Shown: in pieces, positions 20,640 through 30,390 of the stretch | How positions within the stretch are numbered: the first letter of the stretch is position 1 | Layout of the letters: each line of letters begins with the position of its first letter | NCBI GenBank assembly: GCA_965199855.1 | Contig: OZ241326.1 | Coordinates: 736,001 to 800,000 of the forward strand | Source of the DNA: a bacterium | GTDB taxonomy: Bacteria; UBA8248 | Length of the DNA: 64,000 bases | Direction of reading: 5' to 3' | The notes under the pieces: generated by a model | Told to the model about the DNA's origin: nothing | Databases searched by the model: none | The model's input: the letters and a program-made list of their open reading frames with translations, nothing else | Made by a program: the position numbers and the translations under genes

Positions 20640-21074
20640 CTAGAGGCCCAGAAGCCACTTGCCCGCGCATATCAGGACGGCGAGGCCCAGAAACGTGAGG
20701 AACATCATGGTCATCGGGTCTCGCACCCTGACGTTCCGCCGGATTTTGGCCGAGTTCCTGACGAGCTCCCCTCTCGCGTCCATCGCCAGCGCCGCCAGCT
20801 TCTGGACGCCCGTCATCTCCGCGTCCCCGTAGCGCCTCCGCAGCTCCCCGCTCAGGAGATAATACGCGAGCCATCCTCCGGCCAGCGCCAGAACGAGCGT
20901 CATCAGCGACGCCGTCCACTCGCCCCAGCCGACGTTCGGGCAGTCTCCCATGAGCAGGCACCGGCCGCTCCCCGAAACCACCAGCCAGACGGCGAGCAGC
21001 GGGAGAACGATGAGTCCGAAGGTCAGAAACAGGCCGACGAGAACCAGGCCGACGAGAATCATCCAGTAGAGCAC
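20640..21074 (-). CDS. Hypothetical membrane protein
   Basis: Several hydrophobic helices; GAGGAGG RBS upstream. Confidence 0.6.
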   Translation of the reverse strand: MLYWMILVGLVLVGLFLTFGLIVLPLLAVWLVVSGSGRCLLMGDCPNVGWGEWTASLMTLVLALAGGWLAYYLLSGELRRRYGDAEMTGVQKLAALAMDARGELVRNSAKIRRNVRVRDPMTMMFLTFLGLAVLICAGKWLLGL

Positions 21075-21429
21075 CGCCCCGCCTCCTCGCGGCGAACGCG
21101 CCGAATCGCCCGCGCCGGGAGAAATTTCTATATCCTCTCATCGCCGCCGGCAAGCGAGGCCCGCGCCGCTCCCCTCATGCGGCGTTCGCGCAACGCATAC
21201 CACACGCGCGCCCCGTTGTCGCTTCTGCAAGGGCTTGGCGGCGGAGATCGACGCTTTGCGCTATCGGAACCGCGGCCTTCGGGATCTGGGGCTCCGGAAG
21301 AACTGCGACCTCCCCAGGCCGAGGGTGGAATTCAAGGAGAAGAAATAGCGAGGAGACGCGCGGCCGTCAGGAGGAAGCCGGGCGGCGCGAGGGAGGAACT
21401 GGCGGGGGGGGTGATTCTTCCACGGCCGC

Positions 21430-22074
21430 TCATGGATTCCGGAGCGGGATGATTTCAGCCACCGCGCGCTCTCCGCCTTCATTCTCCCGGAAAGCCCATT
21501 GCAGCGGGCGCGGCGCCTCGCCTATGATTTCACCCTGCAGGCTTCTCAGATCGACGACCGCGCCGAATCTGATGAACACGTCAAAGAACGCTTCCTGCCT
21601 CGCGCCCCAATAAACCATCGCGCAGGCCATCGGCGCGCCCTTGCCGTCGGAACTGCCGTTTTCAAGGAACTTGAGGCGGGTGTCATACAGAAAGCACACC
21701 GCGGCGGCTTCTCCCCAAACGTGCTTTTTCCAATGCCCGGTATTCACCGCCACCGGAACCAGAGCCAATACCTCCGCGTCATAGCGCCTGAACGCATGGG
21801 CGCATTTGCCCAGCCAGTCCTTGATAGTAGTCCCGCGCGCGCGATCCGCGCCATAGGGGGGATTGACGTAGATGGCTTCAAAATCCCATTCTCTGGCCAG
21901 GCCGTCAATTTCCGGCAAGGCCCATTCCGTATCGGCCTTCACGACGGACCATTGGTTCGAGCACGGATCGAGCGCGATGGATCCGCGAAACATCTCCTTC
22001 ACCGCCTTCACGTATTTGGGCGGAGTGCACCAGTGGACGCTTTGCGACGCCGCGTTGTTTCGACCCGCCGTCAC
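21430..22074 (-). CDS. DNA N6-adenine methyltransferase (phage Dam-like family)
   Basis: WCTP, LDPCS, YVNPPY motifs; lower GC; GTG 22074 with GGAGA RBS chosen as start. Confidence 0.75.
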   Translation of the reverse strand: MTAGRNNAASQSVHWCTPPKYVKAVKEMFRGSIALDPCSNQWSVVKADTEWALPEIDGLAREWDFEAIYVNPPYGADRARGTTIKDWLGKCAHAFRRYDAEVLALVPVAVNTGHWKKHVWGEAAAVCFLYDTRLKFLENGSSDGKGAPMACAMVYWGARQEAFFDVFIRFGAVVDLRSLQGEIIGEAPRPLQWAFRENEGGERAVAEIIPLRNP

Positions 22075-22227
22075 GACAGAATCTCCCGCCAGTCCTTGTC
22101 GGCAAGAATGTCCAGATCCCTCTTCAGCGCGCGAATCAACAACATCCGGGACTGACAAAACATCGCTTCCGATTCCTGGTTGCATGGTCCTTGCGCGAAC
22201 CTAGACACGACCTCCCTAGCGATGAAT

Positions 22228-23046
22228 TCAAACAGGTTGTTGCAATGAATGATTCTTCTTCGCCAGGAAAGAAGAGACCGCGCCGGCGACGCTGACCAAC
22301 AATTCCGCCTCAACCGTATCCGCCGTTTTCCCTTCCTCGCCGTGCCGAGCGCGCTGGGAAGCGAAACCCCATAGTTTTTCGACAGTAGCGTCGAGAGGCT
22401 TGGGAAGGTCGAGTTTTCCGACAAGTTGACCGAGCGTGGGATTGGATTGCCCGGTTACACCTCGGGCTGTCGCTTCAAGAGCCGCCATCGCATGTTGAAC
22501 TGCGCCCGTTGGATCCGATTCGGGACGACGCGAGATATCTTTGAGCGCCTCGCGCATTTCATTCGCGGCTGTTGGACGATTCGTTTCTTCCAAGACCTTG
22601 ACAGCTCCAGCTGTGGTTTCAGGAAAAACTTCCGAACCCCTGAATACGATTCGGCCATCCCGCATTTCCCACCCGATTCCTTTCTCACGGAAAAACCTAT
22701 TGAGGCGATCGGCGAATTTTTCTGCTTGGTCCCTGTTGTGCCAAGAGCCATAAGATGAGTCATAAAATTTTTCAGCGATATCATACACTCTGAACCACTC
22801 GCAGCTCTCTATAAGGCAATTCACCTCGTCCCAAACGTTAGGATAAGCGGACCAGTTGTTTGACCGATCAGGTTGTTTCAGGAGAACTCCACACACAATG
22901 TCACGCATCTGCTCGGGACCCATACCCATATTTCGCACTATCATCAGAATGGCATGGCGCAACTCCTTGGGAGCATCTTCCCGAACGGTAATTTCAGCGT
23001 CAGGCGCTTGATGCCCATGCCGCTCCGAGAATGTTTCTTCAGACAT
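22228..23046 (-). CDS. AbiJ N-terminal-domain (AbiJ-NTD4-like) protein
   Basis: FSERHG...EITVREDAP..LR start, WFRVYDIAE, C-terminal RARHG; visibly lower GC. Confidence 0.65.
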   Translation of the reverse strand: MSEETFSERHGHQAPDAEITVREDAPKELRHAILMIVRNMGMGPEQMRDIVCGVLLKQPDRSNNWSAYPNVWDEVNCLIESCEWFRVYDIAEKFYDSSYGSWHNRDQAEKFADRLNRFFREKGIGWEMRDGRIVFRGSEVFPETTAGAVKVLEETNRPTAANEMREALKDISRRPESDPTGAVQHAMAALEATARGVTGQSNPTLGQLVGKLDLPKPLDATVEKLWGFASQRARHGEEGKTADTVEAELLVSVAGAVSSFLAKKNHSLQQPV

Positions 23047-23081
23047 GATAGTCTCCGCCGTTAACGATATGTTCGGCGCCC

Positions 23082-24086
23082 CTACGCGAACTCCGGCATG
23101 ACCTCCCGGGCGAAGCGCTCGAGCGTCCGCAGGACGAGCGCCTGCGGCATCCCGGGCCACTGGACGCGGAACGCCATGTGATCGACGCCCAGCTCGTCCC
23201 GGTGGCGGCGGACGTCCTCCGCCACGTCCTCCGCCGAGCCGATGAGGAACCTGTCCGAGCGCAGCTCGTCGAGCGGCATCCGCAGCGTGTCGCTCCGGGG
23301 CAGCGCCTCGCTCTGGCCCCACTTCACGTAGGCGTCGTATTTCACCGCCAGATAGGGGGCGCACTCCCGGAAGGCGCTCTCCCTGTCCGCGCCGATGAAC
23401 ATCTCCTTGATGACGGGCGTCGCCCCGGGCGCGCCCCGGCCCGCCGCCTCCCGCTCGGCGCGGAACATCTCCATCTGTCGCTTGAGGGTGTCGAAGCGCG
23501 CGTGGGGGTTCAGGAACCACGCCTCGCCCATCCGCGCCGCGCGCCGCACCGCGCCGTCTCCGTTCGCCGCTATCCAGATGGGCGGCCTGGGCTTCTGGAC
23601 GGGCCGCAGGCTGAGCCGGACGTCCTCCAGGCGGACGACCTCGCCCTCGTAATCGACCCGCTCCCCCTCGAGCAGGCGGGCGAGCGCCTCCAGCTTCTCC
23701 TCGAACGCCTTGACGCGGTACGGCTTGCCTAGGCCGAAGGCGCGGTATTCGGGCTCGCGGTAGCCCAGCCCCACCCCGAGCACGAAGCGCCCCCGCGTCA
23801 TGGCGTCCAGGGTGGCGGCCTGCTCGGCCGCGTCCACCGGATTCTGCAGGGCGAGGAGGAGGATGCCCGCCCCCACCGTCATCTCGCCCGCGTGCGCCGC
23901 CACCTGGGCGAGGCTCGGCCAGGTCTGCATCATCCACACGTCCTCGGTGAGGTAGTGCTGGCCGCACCACACGCTGTGAAAGCCCAGGTCCCGTATGAGG
24001 CGCACCTGCTCCAGGTGCTCCTCCCAGCGCGCCGCGGGGTCGTCCCCCAGGGCGTGCTGGTTCATCACGAACATGCCGAATTTCAT
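23082..24086 (-). CDS. Luciferase-like (LLM) flavin/F420-dependent oxidoreductase
   Basis: GFHSVWCGQHY, AEQAATLDAMTRGRFVLGVGLGY, PVQKPRPPIWIA. Confidence 0.9.
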   Translation of the reverse strand: MKFGMFVMNQHALGDDPAARWEEHLEQVRLIRDLGFHSVWCGQHYLTEDVWMMQTWPSLAQVAAHAGEMTVGAGILLLALQNPVDAAEQAATLDAMTRGRFVLGVGLGYREPEYRAFGLGKPYRVKAFEEKLEALARLLEGERVDYEGEVVRLEDVRLSLRPVQKPRPPIWIAANGDGAVRRAARMGEAWFLNPHARFDTLKRQMEMFRAEREAAGRGAPGATPVIKEMFIGADRESAFRECAPYLAVKYDAYVKWGQSEALPRSDTLRMPLDELRSDRFLIGSAEDVAEDVRRHRDELGVDHMAFRVQWPGMPQALVLRTLERFAREVMPEFA

Positions 24087-24151
24087 GTCATCCCCCGCTT
24101 TCGGTTCGCGCGTTCATCCCCGGCGCGGCGCGCCGCCTCCCCGCCGCGCCC

Positions 24152-25057
24152 TCAATCCCTCGTTCCGAAGTCCTCCGCCAGGGCGATGACCTTCTCCGCC
24201 GCCTCGACGACGGGATAGTCGATCATCCGCCCGCCCACGGAGACGCTCGCCTCCCCGCGCGCCTTCGCCTCCTCGAAGGCGGCGGCCACCTCGCGCGCCT
24301 TCTCGACCTCCTCGCCCGTCGGCGTGAAGGCGCGGTTCACGACTTCCACCTGGCGGGGATGGATGCAGAACTTGCCGAACATTCCCAGCGCGCGGCACCG
24401 CGCCGCGCTTGCGGCCAATCCCTCGGAATCGTCCAGGGCTATCCACACCGTGTCGAGCGGCTTCTCGAGACCCGCCGCGCGCGAGGCCAGGGCGACGCGC
24501 GAGCGCGGATAGTCGAAGGCGAACTCGTCGCGCGGCCATTCGACGCCGAGGTCGTTCGTGTAGTCTCCCGCCCCGAACGCGAGGCTGAAGCGGCGATCGC
24601 CCGCGTCGGCGGAGGCGACGGCGCGCGCCGCCTCCACCCCCTTCGCGCTCTCGATGATGGCGAGCAGATGGACGCTCCCCGGCGCGAGGCCCGCCCTTCG
24701 CTCCGCGCCGCGCAGCAGGCGGTCGGCCGCGAGTATCTGATCCGCGCGCTCCGCCTTGGGCAGGACGACGCCGCACAGGGCGGGCCGCACCACGGCGTCG
24801 ATGTCCTCCGCGCCGCAGGCGACGGAGAAGCCCGTCGCGTCCTCCAGCGGGTTCACGCGCGCGAAGACGCTCGCCCCGTCCTCCTCCGCGATTTTCTCGA
24901 TCGCCGCGCCCAGGGCGGCGCGCGCGGCCTCCTTCTCCGCCGCCGGCACGGCGTCCTCCAGATCGAGCACGACGGCGTCCGCCCCCGCCTTGCCCACCTT
25001 CGCGAGCATCCGCTCCCTGTTTCCGGGGGCGAAAAGAACGGTTCGATAGAGCTTCAT
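24152..25057 (-). CDS. CitE-family CoA ester lyase (HpcH/HpaI superfamily)
   Basis: LFAPG, DLEDAV, IESAKG, FGAGD, CIHPRQ, GRMID. Confidence 0.88.
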   Translation of the reverse strand: MKLYRTVLFAPGNRERMLAKVGKAGADAVVLDLEDAVPAAEKEAARAALGAAIEKIAEEDGASVFARVNPLEDATGFSVACGAEDIDAVVRPALCGVVLPKAERADQILAADRLLRGAERRAGLAPGSVHLLAIIESAKGVEAARAVASADAGDRRFSLAFGAGDYTNDLGVEWPRDEFAFDYPRSRVALASRAAGLEKPLDTVWIALDDSEGLAASAARCRALGMFGKFCIHPRQVEVVNRAFTPTGEEVEKAREVAAAFEEAKARGEASVSVGGRMIDYPVVEAAEKVIALAEDFGTRD

Positions 25058-25244
25058 GGAGAGGTTCTCCTTCTCTCGCTTTCGGGGTCACGTGGTTTTA
25101 CTCCCGATGGCCGCCCTTGCCAAGCGCGGAAGCCGCGCGGACGCGGCGGATTCCGGGAGCGACAGCCCCGCCGCGCTTCGGCCCCTTCGCCGTCTGGCGT
25201 ATAATCGACCGACGCCCGACCACGCCCATTGACGGAGCGCGCCC

Positions 25245-26918
25245 GTGAACCCCGACGATCTGACGAGACGATCCATCAAGGAGCTGTCCGCCCTCTTCCG
25301 GGCCGGCGAGGCGAAGCCGAGCGAGGCGCTCGAGGGCTGCGTCGCCAGAATCGAGCGCGACGAGGCCGTCATCAACGCCTTCACGCGGCGCGCCTTCGGA
25401 CTCGCCAGGGAGCAGGCGCGAAAATGCGACGAGGCGCTCGCGCGGGGGGAGAGCCTCGGGCCGCTGCACGGGATTCCCCTGGCGATCAAGGACTTGTTCG
25501 ACCTCGCGGGCTTCCCGACCACGGCGGGCAGCCGGATTCTCGCGGACGGCGAGGCGGCGGAAACGGCGGAGCCGGTACGGCGGCTCATCGAGGCGGGCGC
25601 CGTCATCGTCGGGAAGACGAACCTCCAGGAGTTCGCCCGGGGCCCCACCGGGGCGAACAGCTTCCGGGGCCCCACCCGAAACCCCTGGAGCCTGAACCGC
25701 ACGCCGGGCGGCAGCAGCAGCGGCTCGGCCGCGGCCGTCGCGGCGGGCATGGCCGCCGCCGCCCTGGGCTCCGACACCGGAGGCTCGGTGCGCCTGCCCG
25801 CGGCCTTCTGCAATCTGGCGGGCGTCCGCGCCACCTACGGCCGCGTGAGCAGGGCGGGCGCCGTGCCCCTGGGGCTGAGCTTCGACAGCGCGGGGCCCAT
25901 CGCGCGAACGGTGGAGGACGCCGCCCTCATCCTCCAGGTCATCGCCGGCCCCGACCCCAAGGACCCCGCGACGGGCCGCGCGCCCGTCCCCGATTTTCTC
26001 GAAGGCATCGAGGGCGGCGTGGACGGCGCGACGCTCGGCGTGCCGACGAACCACTTCTGGCCGGGGGAGGACGCCGAGGCGGAGGAAGCCGCGCGCGAGG
26101 CCATCGCCCGCCTCGAGGCTCTGGGGGCCAAGCTCGCGGAGGTGGAGATTCCCTGGGCGCGCCTGGGCCAGGCCGCCTACGCCGCGACCGTAGGGCCCGA
26201 AGCGGCGGAATACCACCGGCGGCTGCTCGAGAATCACCGGGACGACTACGTCTCCCCCGGGGCGGACTTCTTCGAGCACGCCCTCTTCGTTCCGGGCTGG
26301 CGCTACGTGCAGGCGCAAAAGGCGCGGACGCTCTTCATCCGGCAGGCGGCGGAGGCGTTCCGGCGGGTGGACGCCGTGCTGACGCCCACCGCCCCCGTCG
26401 CCCCGCCCACGCTTGCGGACTGCCTCGACGGCATGAAGACGTGGGCGTTGATAAGCGACAACACGGCGCCCTTCAGCGCCATCGGCGCGCCCGCCCTTCA
26501 GGTTCCCTGCGGGTTCACGCGGGCGGGCCTGCCCGTGGGCCTCCAGATCGCCGGAAGGTGGGGGGACGAGGCGCGCCTGTTCCGCATAGGCAGGGCGCTC
26601 GAAGCCGACGGCGAGCTCTGGCGCGCCGGGCCGCCCGAAATCAGCGAGCAGCCGCCCCCGGAGGCGCTCCCCGAAGCGGCCGCGGCGCCGCCCGCCCCGC
26701 GTGACGCGCCGCGGGATGAAGCCGCGCGGCATATTCTCCACGCGGCGGAAAGCATGGGCTACGCCGTGAGGCGCGAGCGGCTCGCCGACCTCGCGCGCGG
26801 GGTCGAAGGCGCTCTGGCGGGGCTTCGCGCGCTTGACGGGCTCGACCTTGCGGGCTGCGAGCGCGCGGAGACGCTGAACCTCCTCGAAATGGACTTCGAC
26901 GCCATTCCGAAGCCCTGA
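25245..26918 (+). CDS. Amidase-signature family protein with C-terminal extension
   Basis: LHGIPLAIKD, GGSSSGSAAAVAAG, GSDTGGSVRLPA, GLPVGLQ. Confidence 0.9.
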   Translation: MNPDDLTRRSIKELSALFRAGEAKPSEALEGCVARIERDEAVINAFTRRAFGLAREQARKCDEALARGESLGPLHGIPLAIKDLFDLAGFPTTAGSRILADGEAAETAEPVRRLIEAGAVIVGKTNLQEFARGPTGANSFRGPTRNPWSLNRTPGGSSSGSAAAVAAGMAAAALGSDTGGSVRLPAAFCNLAGVRATYGRVSRAGAVPLGLSFDSAGPIARTVEDAALILQVIAGPDPKDPATGRAPVPDFLEGIEGGVDGATLGVPTNHFWPGEDAEAEEAAREAIARLEALGAKLAEVEIPWARLGQAAYAATVGPEAAEYHRRLLENHRDDYVSPGADFFEHALFVPGWRYVQAQKARTLFIRQAAEAFRRVDAVLTPTAPVAPPTLADCLDGMKTWALISDNTAPFSAIGAPALQVPCGFTRAGLPVGLQIAGRWGDEARLFRIGRALEADGELWRAGPPEISEQPPPEALPEAAAAPPAPRDAPRDEAARHILHAAESMGYAVRRERLADLARGVEGALAGLRALDGLDLAGCERAETLNLLEMDFDAIPKP

Positions 26919-26927
26919 GGGAGGAGG

Positions 26928-28052
26928 CTAGTCCGGCTTCAGGAGCGCCTTCAGGCACGCCCCCGTTCCCGTGACCTCGATGCCCGCCTGCGCCTGGGAG
27001 AGCGGCAGGCGGTGGGTGAAGATGTCGTCGATGGGCAGGGGCGTTCTCAGCAGCATGTCCATCGCCGGCTCGAACTGCGCCTGGGGATACGCCCACGAGC
27101 CGCAGACGTCCACGTCCTTGTTGCAGACCTGGTGGGGCCTGATTTCCACGCTCCCCGGGTCGCCGTAGTGGCCGACCTCCACCAGCTTCCCGCCCCGGCG
27201 AACGATGTCCAGCCCCTCGGCGAAGGCGGCCGGAACCCCCGCCGCCTCGATCACCACGTCGGGCCCCACCCCGTCCGTCCAGGAGAGGACGCGCTCCTTT
27301 CTCTCCTCCCGCGAGAGTTCGGAGAGATTCACCGTCCGCGTGGCGCCGAATTTTCCGGAGAACGCCAGCCGCTCCTCCGCCATGTCGACCGCGATGATCT
27401 CGCCCGCCCCCATCGTCCTCAGAACGGCCACGACCAGCAGCCCGATGGGGCCGACGCCCAGGACGGCGCACCGCGCCCCGGGGCCGAAGCCCTCCCCCGC
27501 GTAGGGAACCCCCGGGGAGAGGGCGCGCGCGGCCGCCCGCTGCGCCACCGCCAGCGGCTCGCAGAGCGCGGCGCGATCGAGCGGGAGGCCCTCCGGCAGC
27601 TTGAGGACGAAGGAGTCGCCGGGGACGTACACGTATTCCGAGAACGCCCCGAAGAGGTGCGGCGCCTCCGCCGAGGTGCGAAACCCGAACACCGTCCGGT
27701 TCGGACACAGCTGGGGCCGGTGCGGAACGTGGACGCAATGCCAGCACCGCCCGCACGCCTGGCTTCCGGGCGCCACGGTGACGGCGTCGCCCTCCCGGAG
27801 GGGGCCGCCCACGACCTTCATGGCCGCGTTCGCGCCCGCGCCGATCTTCTCGACGACGCCGCTGAACTCGTGCCCCGGAATCACCGGCCACCGGACGTCC
27901 AGCCCGCCCCCGAACATGTGCTTGTCGGAGCCGCACACCCCGACGGCGGCCACCTTCATCATCAGCGCGTCGTCGGCGACCTCGGGCATGGGGTATTCGC
28001 GGAGGGTGATTTCGCCCGGCTCCAGAATCGTGACGGCCCGAACGGCGGACAC
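26928..28052 (-). CDS. Zinc-dependent medium-chain alcohol dehydrogenase
   Basis: GVCGSD, GHE, CGRCWHC...C, GVGPIG. Confidence 0.9.
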   Translation of the reverse strand: MSAVRAVTILEPGEITLREYPMPEVADDALMMKVAAVGVCGSDKHMFGGGLDVRWPVIPGHEFSGVVEKIGAGANAAMKVVGGPLREGDAVTVAPGSQACGRCWHCVHVPHRPQLCPNRTVFGFRTSAEAPHLFGAFSEYVYVPGDSFVLKLPEGLPLDRAALCEPLAVAQRAAARALSPGVPYAGEGFGPGARCAVLGVGPIGLLVVAVLRTMGAGEIIAVDMAEERLAFSGKFGATRTVNLSELSREERKERVLSWTDGVGPDVVIEAAGVPAAFAEGLDIVRRGGKLVEVGHYGDPGSVEIRPHQVCNKDVDVCGSWAYPQAQFEPAMDMLLRTPLPIDDIFTHRLPLSQAQAGIEVTGTGACLKALLKPD

Positions 28053-28194
28053 AGGCCCCCCTCCCTCGATGCGGCGGCCCGAAACCCGCGCGGACGCCGC
28101 CGGAAGTTGTGATGAGAGCTACTTTAGCGTATCTGTGATTCCCGCCGCAACGAACGCGGCGCAAGCGAACCCGAAGCGACCGCGGGGAAGCCCC

Positions 28195-29055
28195 ATGCCG
28201 CTCGAGAAGACGCTCGCCATCTTCGGCTGCCCCCTGGGGCACACGCTCTCGCCCGTCATGCACAACGCGGCGGCGCGCGCCCTGGGCCTGCCCTACCGCT
28301 TCATGGCCTACGAGGTGCGCCCGGAGGACTACGAGGAGGCGGTTCGAGGCGCGCGCGCGATGGGCTTCGCCGGCTTCTGCGTCACCATCCCCCACAAGGC
28401 GGCCACCTTCCGGCTGGTGGACGAGGCGAGCGAGGACGCGAGGCTCATGGGCGCGGTGAACGTGGTGACCTTCGAGGAGGGCGGAAGGCTCAGGGGACAC
28501 AACACCGACGGCGCGGGCTGGCTCCGCTCGATGGAGGAGGAGGGCGTCTCGCCCGCGGGGAAGCGCTGCCTCCTGCTGGGCGCGGGGGGCGCCGCGCGCG
28601 CCATCGCCGTCAAGCTCGTCCAGTCGGGCGCCGCCCACGTCGAGATACGAAACCGAACGGCGGAGAAGGCGGCCGCCCTGGCGCGGGAGGTGGAGTCGCG
28701 CTTCCCCGGCGCCCAAGTTCGGGGCGGCGGCCTCGACGCCCTTGAATCCGCCGCGCGGGGGCGGGATATTGTCGTCAACACGACGAGCCTGGGGATGGCG
28801 GGCGACGCGGCCGGGGAGCGGGCGTCGCCCCTGCCCGAGGAGTGGATACCGCCCGGCTGCGTCTGCGCGGACGCGGTCTATCGCCCGCTCGACACCCCGT
28901 TCCTCAAGGCGGCGCGAAGAAGAGGGGCGCGCGCCGTATCGGGGCTGGGCTGGCTCCTGCACCAGGGTGCCGAGGGCTGGAGGCTCTGGACGGGAACCCC
29001 GATGCCGCTCGAACGCGCGCGGGAGAAGATGCTCGAGGCCCTCGGGAGCCGATGA
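28195..29055 (+). CDS. aroE: Shikimate dehydrogenase
   Basis: HTLSPVMHN, VTIPHK, GHNTDG, GAGGAARA, NRT, LLHQG. Confidence 0.9.
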   Translation: MPLEKTLAIFGCPLGHTLSPVMHNAAARALGLPYRFMAYEVRPEDYEEAVRGARAMGFAGFCVTIPHKAATFRLVDEASEDARLMGAVNVVTFEEGGRLRGHNTDGAGWLRSMEEEGVSPAGKRCLLLGAGGAARAIAVKLVQSGAAHVEIRNRTAEKAAALAREVESRFPGAQVRGGGLDALESAARGRDIVVNTTSLGMAGDAAGERASPLPEEWIPPGCVCADAVYRPLDTPFLKAARRRGARAVSGLGWLLHQGAEGWRLWTGTPMPLERAREKMLEALGSR

Positions 29056-29091
29056 ATCCATATTTCGGATGAGAGAAGCGGGAGAGACTCC

Positions 29092-30279
29092 ATGACCATG
29101 CCGCTCGCGGGGATTCGCGTCCTCGATCTTTCGAGAATCCTGGCGGGGCCCTTCTGCACGATGACGCTCGGCGACATGGGCGCCGAGGTCATCAAGGTGG
29201 AGAACCCCGAGGGCGGGGACGACACCCGGGGCTGGCCGCCCTTCTACGAGGGGGGCGAGAGCAGCTATTTCCAGTCCGTGAACCGCAGCAAGAAGAGCCT
29301 CACGCTGAACATGAAGGCGGAGGAGGGGAAGGAGATTCTGCGGGACCTCGTCCGGGAATCGGACGTCCTCATCCAGAACTTCCGGCCGGGCGCCATCGAG
29401 CGGCTCGGCTTCGACTGGGCGGCCTGCCGCGCGCTCAACCCCCGGCTCATCTACGCCAGCGTCTCGGGCTACGGCCAGAGCGGCCCCTCGCGGGAGCGGC
29501 CCGCCTACGACATCCTCCTCCAGGGCGAGGGCGGCCTCATGAGCATCACGGGCGGCGAGGAGGGCGGCTTCAAGACGGGCATCGCCATCGCCGACCTCAC
29601 CACCGCCATGTTCGCCGTCCAGGGAATCCTGCTGGCGGTCATCGCCCGCGAGAAGACGGGCGAGGGCCAGTGCGTCGATACGGCGATTCAGGACGGGCAG
29701 GCGGCGCTGATGTCCCACGCGGCGGGCAACTACTTCGCCACCGGCGTCCCGCCCGGCCGGCTGGGCAACCGCCACCCGAGCATCGCCCCCTACCGCGACT
29801 TTCCCTGCGCGGACGGGGAGCTCATCGTGGCGGCGGCGAACGACTCGCTCTGGCGGCGCTTCGCCCGCGCCATCGGGAGGGAGGAGCTGGCCGAGGACTC
29901 CCGGTGGGCGAAGAACGCGGCGCGCGTCGCGGGCCGCGGCGAACTGGAGGCGGAGATCGAAAAAACGATGCGGACGAAAACCCGCGCCGAGTGGGCGGAG
30001 ATCATATCGGCGGCGGGCGTTCCCTGCGGGCCCGTGCGGACGATCGCGGAGCTGTGCGCGGACCCGCAGATTCGCCACCGCGAGATGGTCGTCGAGATGC
30101 CCCACGCGAAAACCGGCGTCCTGAAGGTGATGGGCAACCCCGTGAAGCTCTCCGGCACCCCCGGCGAAATCCGCCTGCCCCCGCCCCTGCTGGGCGAGCA
30201 CACGGAGGAAATCCTCACCGGCCTGCTGGGGAGGACCGGGGCGGAGGTCGGCGCGCTGCGGGAGCGGGGCGTCGTCTAG
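29092..30279 (+). CDS. Class III CoA transferase (CaiB/BaiF)
   Basis: PLAGIRVLDLSRILAGP, GAEVIKVE, NRSKKS, QNFRPG, PLLGEHT. Confidence 0.92.
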   Translation: MTMPLAGIRVLDLSRILAGPFCTMTLGDMGAEVIKVENPEGGDDTRGWPPFYEGGESSYFQSVNRSKKSLTLNMKAEEGKEILRDLVRESDVLIQNFRPGAIERLGFDWAACRALNPRLIYASVSGYGQSGPSRERPAYDILLQGEGGLMSITGGEEGGFKTGIAIADLTTAMFAVQGILLAVIAREKTGEGQCVDTAIQDGQAALMSHAAGNYFATGVPPGRLGNRHPSIAPYRDFPCADGELIVAAANDSLWRRFARAIGREELAEDSRWAKNAARVAGRGELEAEIEKTMRTKTRAEWAEIISAAGVPCGPVRTIAELCADPQIRHREMVVEMPHAKTGVLKVMGNPVKLSGTPGEIRLPPPLLGEHTEEILTGLLGRTGAEVGALRERGVV

Positions 30280-30303
30280 GGCCTCGCGGCGGCGGGGAGC
30301 GCC

Positions 30304-30332
30304 TTGCCAGACGCCGCGCCCGCCGCTAGGAT
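30304..30332 (+). promoter_or_regulatory. Putative sigma70 promoter of the cof operon
   Basis: TTGCCA-17 bp-TAGGAT. Confidence 0.45.
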
Positions 30333-30390
30333 GCGCGGACAGCCGCGGGCCCTCGCCCGCGCGGGTTCCGCCCGAAGACGGAGACGCGCC

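Noticed and set aside
21799-21812. Single GCGCATTTGCCC match to the virion promoter box
   Set aside because: Only one unit, inside a coding region, and no -10 at the conserved spacing.
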